Assembly: GCF_902652985.1 (NCBI RefSeq)
Contig: NC_047021.1
Location: 30,132,001-30,196,000, forward strand
Direction: 5' to 3'
Origin: Pecten maximus
Taxonomy: Eukaryota
DNA length: 64,000 nucleotides
In this document: positions 40,901 to 52,900 of the stretch, piece after piece
Layout: every line of letters begins with the position of its first letter
Position numbering within the stretch: the first letter of the stretch is position 1
The notes under the pieces: model-generated
The model's input: the letters and a program-made list of their open reading frames with translations, nothing else
Told to the model about the DNA's origin: nothing
Databases searched by the model: none
Translations under genes and position numbers: made by a program

Positions 40901-43900
40901 CCACCTCACTCACACCACCTCACCCACACTGTCCACCTCACCCACACTGTCCACCTCACTCACACCACCTCACCCACACTGTCCACCTCACCCACACTGT
41001 CCACCTCACTCACACCAACTCACCCACACTGTCCACCTCACCCACACTGTCCACCTCACCCACACTGTCCACCTCACCCACACCAACTCACCCACACTGT
41101 CCACCTCACCCACACCACCACCTCACCCACACTGTCCACCTCACCCACACTGTCCACCTCACCCACACCAACTCACCCACACTGTCCACCTCACCCACAC
41201 CACCACCTCACCCACACTGTCCACCTCACCCACACTGTCCACCTCACCCACACTGTCCACCTCACCCACACTGTCCACCTCACCCACACTGTCCACCTCA
41301 CCCACACTGTCCACCTCACCCACACTGTCCACCTCACCCACTGTCCACCTCACCCACACTGTCCACCTCACCCACACTGTCCACCTCACCCACACCACCA
41401 CCTCACCCACACTGTCCACCTCACCCACACTGTCCACCTCACCCACATCACCTCGCCCACACTGTCCACCTCACCCACACTGTCCACCTCACCCACACTG
41501 TCCACCTCACTCACACCACCTCACCCACACTGTCCACCTCACCCACATCACCTCGCCCACACTGTCCACCTCACCCACACTGTCCACCTCACCCACATCA
41601 CCTCGCCCACACTGTCCACCTCACCCACACTGTCCACCTCACCCACACTGTCCACCTCACCCACACTGTCCACCTCACCCACACTGTCCACCTCACCCAC
41701 ACTGTCCACCTCACCCACACTGTCCACCTCACTCACACCACCTCACCCACACTGTCCACCTCACTCACATCACCTCGCCCACACTGTCCACCTCACCCAC
41801 ACTGTCCACCTCACCCACACTGTCCACCTCACTCACACCACCTCACCCACACTGTCCACCTCACCCACACTGTCCACCTCACTCACACCACCTCACCCAC
41901 ACTGTCCACCTCACCCACATCACCTCGCCCACACTGTCCACCTCACCCACACTGTCCACCTCACTCACACCACCTCACCCACACTGTCCACCTCACCCAC
42001 ACCACTTCGCCCACACTGTCCACCTCACCCACACTGTCCACCTCACTCACACCACCTCACCCACACTGTCAAACTCACCCACACTGTCCACCTCACCCAC
42101 ACTGTCCACCTCACCCACACCACCTCACCCACACTGTCCACCTCACCCACACCACCACCTCACCCACACTGTCCACCTCACCCACACTGTCCACCTCACC
42201 CACACTGTCCACCTCACCTACACTGTCCACCTCACTCACACTGTCCACCTCACCCACACCACCTCACCCACACTGTCCACCTCACCCACACTGTCCACCT
42301 CACCCACACTGTCCATCTCAACCACACTGTCCACCTCACCCACACTGTCCACCTCACCCACCTCACCCACACTGTCCACCTCACCCACACTGTCCATCTC
42401 AACCACACTGTCCACCTCACCCACACTGTCCACCTCACTCACACCACCTCACCCACACTGTCCACCTCACCCACACTGTCCACCTCACCCACACTGTCCA
42501 CCTCACCCACACTGTCCACCTCACCCACACTGTCCATCTCACCCACACTGTCCACCTCACCCACTGTCCACCTCACCCACACTGTCCACCTCACCCACAC
42601 CACCACCTCACCCACACCACCACCTCACCCACACTGTCCACCTCACCCACACTGTCCACCTCACCCACACTGTCCACCTCACCCACATCACCTCGCCCAC
42701 ACTGTCCACCTCACCCACACTGTCCACCTCACCCACTGTCCACCTCACTCACACCACCTCACCCACACTGTCCACCTCACCCACATCACCTCGCCCACAC
42801 TGTCCACCTCACCCACACTGTCCACCTCACCCACATCACCTCGCCCACACTGTCCACCTCACCCACACTGTCCACCTCACCCACACTGTCCACCTCACCC
42901 ACACTGTCCACCTCACCCACACTGTCCACCTCACCCACACTGTCCACCTCACTCACACCACCTCACCCACACTGTCCACCTCACCCACATCACCTCACCC
43001 ACACTGTCCACCTCACCCACACTGTCCACCTCACCCACACTGTCCACCTCACTCACACCACCTCACCCACACTGTCCACCTCACCCACACTGTCCACCTC
43101 ACTCACACCACCTCACCCACACTGTCCACCTCACCCACATCACCTCGCCCACACTGTCCACCTCACCCACACTGTCCACCTCACTCACACCACCTCACCC
43201 ACACTGTCCACCTCACCCACACCACTTCGCCCACACTGTCCACCTCACCCACACTGTCCACCTCACTCACACCACCTCACCCACACTGTCCAACTCACCC
43301 ACACTGTCCACCTCACCCACACTGTCCACCTCACCCACACCACCTCACCCACACTGTCCACCTCACCCACACTGTCCACCTCACCCACACTGTCCACCTC
43401 ACTCACACCACCTCATCCACACTGTCCACCTCACCAACACTGTCCACCTCACCCACACTGTCCACCTCACCCACACCACCACCTCACCCACACTGTCCAC
43501 CTCACCCACACTGTCCACCTCACCCACACTGTCCACCTCACCTACACTGTCCACCTCACTCACACTGTCCACCTCACCCACACCACCTCACCCACACTGT
43601 CCACCTCACCCACACTGTCCATCTCAACCACACTGTCCACCTCACCCACACTGTCCACCTCACCCACCTCACCCACACTGTCCACCTCACCCACACTGTC
43701 CATCTCAACCACACTGTCCACCTCACCCACACTGTCCACCTCACTCACACCACCTCACCCACACTGTCCACCTCACCCACACCACCTCACCCACACTGTC
43801 CACCTCACTCACACCACCTCACCCACACTGTCCACCTCACCCACACTGTCCACCTCACTCACACCACCTCACCCACACTGTCCACCTCACCCACACTGTC

Positions 43901-46900
43901 CACCTCACCCACACTGTCCACCTCACCCACACTGTCCACCTCACCCACACTGTCCACCTCACTCACACCACCTCACCCACACTGTCCACCTCACCCACAT
44001 CACCTTGCCCACACTGTCCACCTCACCCACACTGTCCACCTCACCCACACTGTCCACCTCACCCACACCACTTCGCCCACACTGTCCACCTCACCCACAC
44101 TGTCCACCTCACTCACACCACCTCACCCACACTGTCCAACTCACCCACACTGTCCACCTCACCCACACCACCTCACCCACACTGTCCACCTCACCCACAC
44201 TGTCCACCTCACCCACACTGTCCACCTCACTCACACCACCTCACCCACACTGTCCACCTCACCAACACTGTCCACCTCACCCACACTGTCCACCTCACCC
44301 ACACCACCACCTCACCCACACTGTCCACCTCACCCACACCACCACCTCACCCACACTGTCCACCTCACCCACACTGTCCACCTCACCCACACTGTCCACC
44401 TCACCTACACTGTCCACCTCACCCACACTGTCCACCTCACCCACACTGTCCACCTCACCCACACTGTCCATCTCAACCACACTGTCCACCTCACCCACAC
44501 TGTCCACCTCACCCACACTGTCCACCTCACCCACACTGTCCACCTCACCCACACTGTCCACTTCACCCACACTGTCCACCTCACCTACACTGTCCACCTC
44601 ACCCACACTGTCCACCTCACCCACACTGTCCACCTCACCCACACTGTCCATCTCAACCACACTGTCCACCTCACCCACACTGTCCACCTCACCCACACTG
44701 TCCACCTCACCCACACTGTCCACCTCACCCACACTGTCCATCTCAACCACACTGTCCACCTCACCCACACTGTCCACCTCACTCACACCACCTCACCCAC
44801 ACTGTCCACCTCACCCACACCACCTCACCCACACTGTCCACCTCACTCACACCACCTCACCCACACTGTCCACCTCACTCACACCACCTCACCCACACTG
44901 TCCACCTCACCCACACTGTCCACCTCACCCACACTGTCCACCTCACCCACACTGTCCACCTCACCCACACCACCTCACCCACACTGTCCACCTCACTCGC
45001 ACCACCTCACCCACACTGTCCAACTCACCCACACTGTCCACCTCACCCACACTACCTCACCCACACCACCTTGCCCACACCACCTCACCCACACCACCTC
45101 ACCCACACCACCTCGCCCACACCACCTCACCCACACTGTCCACCTCACCCACACTGTCCACCTCACTCACACCACCTCACCCACACTGTCCAACTCACCC
45201 ACACTGTCCACCTCACCCACACTGTCCACCTCACTCACACCACCTCACCCACACTGTCCACCTCACTCACACCACCTCACCCACACTGTCCACCTCACTC
45301 ACACCACCTCGCCCACACCACCTCGCCCACACCACCTCACCCACACCACCACCTCACCCACATCACCTCCCCCACACCACTTCGCCCACACCACCTCGCC
45401 CACACCACCTCACCAAGACACATAAGTTTATATCCCTGTACCCATCAGAATCTGGATTGTCTCACTTCCCTCTCAAATATTTCAGAGGTAGTTTTTTCAA
45501 TGGTTGAAGCCATTGCATTTTTTTTTAATTCTATAATTCTTCAAATGAATTGTAAAGTAGACCTCTATAGCTTTCAGGTTCAAAGGTTTTTTTTCCACAA
45601 TTCTTATTCTATCCTAATAAAACTGTGAAAAAAGAACCTCTTAAAACAGTACTTGTTGATTTAACTGGTAATTAAATGATTATTTATTTACTAAAAGTAT
45701 ATACTGTATACTAATTCAATACATTAAATTAGGCCTAATGGATGGTCATAAAGAATCAAAATACAATACAGAGGATGTAAAATATGAAAATATATGACAC
45801 TACACATCATTTCCTCTGTCTATGCATATTTACAGTCTTCAAAGGTGATTTATTTATATTGATTCAAACTTGTAACACATTATGTATTTCCTACAACATT
45901 CCATCAATGAAACATGAAGTGAAGATACTAACACGTCCATTATAAGAACATAAATGACAGAGATAGTTTCCCTGTAGATATTAATGTATGTAACACCTGT
46001 ACCCCTGATACAAATTTTACCAACGCACGTTTAAATACTGCAGCTAAAATATTTCCTCAGTGAAAATTAATTACTTAACATATTTCAGTAACTTGTCTGA
46101 AAAAGTTCCTAGCTAAGAGAAGGACACAGTCGATCAGACCTATGATCAGACAGAATACAGTCCTTTATTGTTACTAATGAATCATTCCCCCTAAAATATA
46201 TAAAAGTAAAATAGATTGAAAATGATATGCTTCTTTCAAATTTAAGGAGATTAAAATTTATTGATCTGCATAGTAATGGACCTTACCAATTAAAGGTTAA
46301 CTTAATAACTTGCTGTGCAGCATACTGGTGATCATCCTCAAAATCCAAAATTTCGAAGATGCCTGCTGATGTAATTGTTTGTGATATCAAATGATATCAG
46401 AAATAAATTTCAACAAATGAATGATTAAAACCTGGACATACAAAATCTTATAACACCTGGACATACAAAATCTTATAACACCTGGACATACAAAATCTTA
46501 TACCACCTTGACATACAAAATCTTATAACACCTGGACATACAAAATCTTATAAAACCTGGACATACAAAATCTTATAACACCTTGACAAACAAAATCTTA
46601 TAACACCTGGACATACAAAATCTTATAACACCTGAACATACAAAATCTTTTAACATCTGGACATACAAAATCTCATACAAAATCTTATAACACCTTGACA
46701 AACAAAATCTTATAACACCTGGACATACAAAATCTTATAACACCTGGACATACAAGATCTTTTAACATCTGGACATACAAAATCTTATAACACCTGTACA
46801 TACAAAATCTTATAACACCTGGACATACAAAATCTTATACCACCTTGACATACAAAATCTTATTACACCTGGACATACCAAATCTTATAACACCTGAACA

Positions 46901-49900
46901 TACAAAATCTTTTAACATCTGGACATACAAAATCTTATAACACCTGTACATACAAAATCTTATAACACCTGCACATACCAAATCTTATAACACCCGCACA
47001 TACAAAATCTTATACAAAATCTTATAACACCTGTACATACAAAATCGTTTAACACCTGTACATACAAAATCTTATAACACCTGGACATACAAAATCTTAT
47101 AACACCTGGACATACAAAATCTAACACCCGGACATACAAAATCTTATAACACCTTGACATACCAAATCTTATAACACCTTAACAAACAAATCAGTACGTT
47201 CAGACTCATCCATTCAACATATAATTACATCATTCATATTTCATGACTGTGCATACACTGTTAGTGTCCGTGGTAGTCCGAGATGGAGAAAATCAGAAAG
47301 GTGTAGACAGCATGTCAACAGATTTCTCACAAAGTACAGGAAACCTAACAAACAGTGCTGGCAAAACATGAATAATTAATGGTACAAAAATGTTGTTGTA
47401 TTAATATGAATTGGTTAATCCACTACAGGGTACACTGGCTTGAGAGAAGGTACAGGCCGGGCCGATAGTCTTTGTCTACCCTATCTAGAACCATTACATC
47501 TTCAGTTAAAAATCATTGCTACATAAATTCATTTTTAATTTTCATCCAGTAATACTCGACCATTTTTACACTTCACTCCTGTCATACATTTTTAGGTGCA
47601 GGGTCTGATTGTAGTATCTGGTGGCTACCTCAATGAATATCATAAGTATTGGAGGCCAGTTGTATGCTATCCAGAGCAGTTGTGATCAAGTACATTGTCC
47701 TAAGAAACATTCACAACAACACAGGACAATAGCAGTCTCCACCTCCTGAGGAGTACGAACCACCCCAGGCAGGGTTTAAACAACATAGCCCCATCATTAC
47801 CATATATAGCTTATCACCCTTAGACACAAGGGCATCAGTGCCAACAGACACCAGTGGTTCTATATATCCAGTCAATATTAAAGCTGAATCAAAAAGTAAG
47901 TACAGGTGCAAAACCTGAAAGTTTGGTGACTACCTTGACTACTACTATAAAGAATTCAGCTGAGAACATTTTAGGAGTTGTTGTTTTCATGACAAGATTC
48001 CTTCAACAGACGAACTGACAACATAATTCGAGATTATCCCCTTTATTTCTGGCCCAAGGTTTCATTAACTTTCCTTTTCTTCAGAAATTCCTTAACTGAA
48101 AATTTCCCACAGTAAAGCATTACAGAATTTAAGGAAAGAATCTTAAGTTAAGGAACCTTCCTTAAATTTTAAAATGCTTTCCTATGGAAAATTTTCAAGT
48201 TAAAAAATTTCCTGAAGTAAGAAATATTGATGAAACTGGTCCCAGGATATTTTGTGAAAATGGTGAAAAGATCATTATTATTATCAACATTATATTTCCT
48301 TGTGTGATAGAATCTACAGAGGTAGATATACTCTTCAGTGGGTAACAATTATCACCACAACACAAACTGTACAAACGTCTGTAACCCTATCCCTAACACC
48401 TGTATTACCGCGACAGGTAGGCATGCAACCTCACACCCCAACAGTGCACTGTTTACACGTCATACCAACACCACTCACAAATCGTTCCCACACACCTCTA
48501 CACCAACAGGGTACAATATTTCATTTACCAAGGAATTGTCATTTTTCTTAACATTTTCTAGCTTGGACCTTTTGTACTTTTTTTTAAAAGTTGGCTGAGT
48601 CGCTAAAAATTTTATCTTCAAACTTAATATTTCTACATTAAAAACTATGATTAATTTGCCTTTATGTTAAATTGCTGGGAATGGAAAATCATTTACAGGC
48701 AGAGAAACCATCCAAGATATAGCTCCAGTTTTATCAACGTTCCTTAACATGATAAATTTTAATTCTCCATCGGAAAGTGTTATTGGATTTAAGGACAAAA
48801 TCTATGTTAAGGAACTGTCCACTTTGTGATGCTTTCCTATGGGAAAATTTAGGTAAAGATTTCCTTATGTTCAGAAATGATGATAAAACTGGGGTCTGAT
48901 TCATTTGTAACATGCTGGTCAGTATATTAATCTTTTTCTGGAAGTCATATACAGAAAGACTTCAAACCGATCAGTTCCAAAATGAAATTTAAACACCCAA
49001 AGCTGTTACAATGTCAGCTTCCATTACAACTTGTGAGGTGATGGTAGCTCAGTTGATGGTACGTAAGGTCTACCCCATCTCAAGTGAAGATCTGAAATGT
49101 GTGGTTTGAACCCTCCTTTAAATGGTGGTTTGTGTTTTTCAGGAAGCTGAGATCAACGACAATCCTGTACTGTTGTGGTGGTGCCCTTGGGCAGGACACT
49201 TTACCCCAATTGTTTTGAATAGCATGAGATAAGCCTCTTGTATGACATTCAGTGAGATAGCCACCAGCTACTACATTGACTCGACCTCAAAATGACCCTG
49301 GCTGTTCACAAGGCACTATCAAATGCCACATTCAAACAAACATCCATATGTTATGATGTTTTTTTTGCCTGAATTCATTATACCCACACCCACCAATCTA
49401 TTCAATTCTTCAGCATTTCATTTTGATGTGTCAAAAAGAAAAGAAAATGTCAAAACATAGTTGTGTCAGAACTGTTTTATGACAGTAATTTGTAATAATA
49501 TATATCGATCAACATGGATCTTCTGAGGAAGTATAATATGAGATTTAACAGATTATTTTGTAGCCCAAAAAAGATATTTACCTCAACTATTCCTGATAAA
49601 TACCTGTATCACAACATGAAATCCACACTGATAACAAAGCCAGATTGATATGCCCTAAAAACCTTCTTAACTTTAAACACGTAGGGGACTAAGCAAACCC
49701 ACAACCATCAATCAACGAGAACATCTATAGTATTGACATTTCATCAATAATTGTCTAAAATCAATCTCCCATCAAAAAGTGTAAAGTTGTCTGACAAGCA
49801 GATATAACATCAGACATCTTATGTAATGACAAGGGCCGTGTTGGTTTTGACGAAGATTGCATGTATAGGTAAGCATTTTCTAACCCCATTTAATGATTGT

Positions 49901-52900
49901 CTTCACCTATGGCTAGCCTATCCCTACTTCAGAATCATTCCTCTGCTGGGGTCACAGCCCTTAACCCTACTTAACCATCGACCTTCACCTATAGCCTAGC
50001 CTATCCCTACTTCAGAATAATTCCTCTGTTGGGGTTACAGCCCTTAACCCTACTTAATGATTGACCTTCACCTATGGCTATGGCATAACCTATCTTTACA
50101 ATCATAATTCTACTCAAGACTTTGTTTGATTGCTGGGGTCATTGTCCAATGAACGCCAGTTGTCGTTTTAAGGTTGGGTCTCCTGGTAGTAGTTGATGGC
50201 TACCTCAACGAACAACATACAAGAGGTCTGACACATGGTATCTCAACCACGGAGGAATACTGTGTCATAAACAATGGAGGAATACTATGTCTTGCCTGAG
50301 GGCACACCCATCTGAGAAACACAAACTGCCATGAGTAGGGATCCAACCATACACCTTGTAATGTCTGATGCTCGTGTGAATGAGCTGAAGCCTGTATTTA
50401 CTGGAGCTAGTCCGGAGTCTACTCTGCAATCCCAACCTACACCTTCATGAGTGAAAGTATCCAATTCTCAAAATACTGAAATATCTTGTATTGTCAAAAT
50501 CTAACATGGACACATATGGCAGATATTATTTCTAAAATACTGAATTCAGTATCAATACTGAACACTTTCACGCTTGCACCTAGCTGTGGCCAGAGTCTAC
50601 TCTGCAATCCCAACCTACACCATCATGAGTGAAAGTATCCAATTCTCAAAATACTGAAATATCTTGTATTGTCAAAATCTAACATGGACACATATGGCAG
50701 ATATTATTTCTAAAATACTGAATTCAGTATCAATACTGAACACTTTCACGCTTGCACCTAGCTGTGGCCAGAGTCTACTCTGCAATCCCAACCTACACCA
50801 TCATGAGCGAAAGTATCCAATTCTCAAAATACTGAAATATCTTGTATTGTCAAAATCTAACATGGACACATACGGCAGAAATTGTTTCTAAAATACTGAA
50901 CACCTTCACCAATGCACGTAGCTCTCGGACCCTTCTGTCTGATCCACACCCACTTTATACACATAGCCCTGTCTGTCCCATTCTCTAAATATGATTCATT
51001 AGGACAATTTTTATCTTGGCTGATCAAGAACACTTTCTGTCCGGTTGGTGGTCTGAAATGGATCACAACAAATCTGTATGATCAAGCTGCACCTACCAAA
51101 TGCCCACCAGCTTAGAAATGTGTGGTACGTGTTATGTCATATGCCAGTCAGACCTTGAAAATGCTGTGAAGAAGATATATACATTTGGCTTAAACACAAC
51201 ACCTGCCAATTCTCCGCGGAATTGTCACCCAGGTTCTTTAATCCATTGATTCCCAAAAGCCAAGTCGTAATGTATCAGTTGGCATGAAAGAGATAGATTA
51301 GACTTTTATTGGTGAGAACTATTTAGATTAGCTACACCAAATCTATAGCATCTATCTATAACAGTTCTTTAACATACAAATGTATACAGCACACCTCAGA
51401 ATCAATCCTCATAATGATTCCACATATATACCCCAGACTATGTCAGGTGGTTGTCAGGTAGACAGCTGTTAACAACCCACGTAGACAAGGAAATCACTTT
51501 CGAGGCAATACTCCTCACCAAACATACCATTTGTCCTCTTACTACTGAACACCAAACATTATATTATTGACTTTAGATATGTAAGTATTTAAACTTCAAA
51601 AATCATTTGATGTACAAGTTCCAAAAATCATCTGATCTATGAGTTATAGACGCTTTCATATGCAGATTAAGAACTTTACTTTATAAGGCATTAATTTAAA
51701 GAAAAAAAAATCCTGTTATAATTATTTATCCCACAAATCTCTGTGATATTTAAAGTTACCACAGATGTTACATAAAGTGGTTTTTTTATTTCTGAATTTA
51801 AATTTCATGATTTAAACCCGAAGAATGTTCAGTAGTCCCTTATGTATGTTTTTAATTTCTCAAAATTAGTTACGACTCTTGTGTTTAAATGGACAGATCT
51901 TTTAAAAGCTAAAAGAAAATTTACAAAGATGATTCTGGTGAAAGTAAGATATTGTATATCTATAAAGATAGAGACAGAACCCATTTCTAATACCTAAATT
52001 TATTTATAAAGACCAACTTAATCGACCCATTCACAAAAATTTTAAAAAAAGTGTGTGTAATATTAGTGATCTGAACTTCCTGTTGCTGTGTGGTAACATG
52101 TTGCATCACCATTGTAATCGATAAAAAAACAATTTCGATGAATTACACTGAGAATAACTGTATACAAGGACACAAGGTCACAACAATAAAAATACTTAAT
52201 TTCATAGCAAATTGAATCTTTTAGACTTTTAACCTAAAAAAAAATTAAACTTTTTTAGTGTTGTTGAATGTCACTAAAGAAAGTCAATCTATAGACTAGA
52301 AGGCCTATACAAATACCAAGGTTTAATCTCAGCGAGCCTGGAACTATAGAACTTTGTGTTTAAGGTCTATGCAGGAAGACTTTGATTTGAGCTTAGGTAA
52401 ATAAACTTCACCCTACTGTCTATAGAATGTCAATATTTACAACATTTTTCAAAATGTGTGCCTGTTTGAATGTTGAAATATGAGTTTTTAAAAGCAATGC
52501 TGTAACAATGGTGTAGTATAGTGTTTTTGTAGTGATAAGATTGTCAGTTATGCTGTACATTATCTTTATACCTGAAATATAACATTGGACAACTTTTGGA
52601 GTAACGTACATCACAACATAAACACTAATATATCTTTGTTTAAATAATTATATGGACTATACGGTCTGAATATAGAGGTAATTATGCCTGTGTTCAGAAT
52701 ATACTTAGTTATAAAGACCACAATATCACAGACAGTCCTTTTTGGATCACCACATGTTTCCAGAATTTCAAGAATATTTCAGCCAAGTATGACTAGGACT
52801 ACTTTCAATGAAGTATGAATGTCTGATCATCACATATTCATTAACCTTAAATGGGGTTTCAACAATGATTACTCAACTCATGAATATGATATCACCTGAT

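Noticed and set aside
40039-45507. 1822-aa Pro/His/Thr-rich ORF (mucin- or extensin-like)
   Set aside because: It is the translation of the 18-nt C/A-rich satellite, which lacks stop codons on that strand. It drifts among three repeat phases, has no ATG start, and is antisense within a dynein intron.
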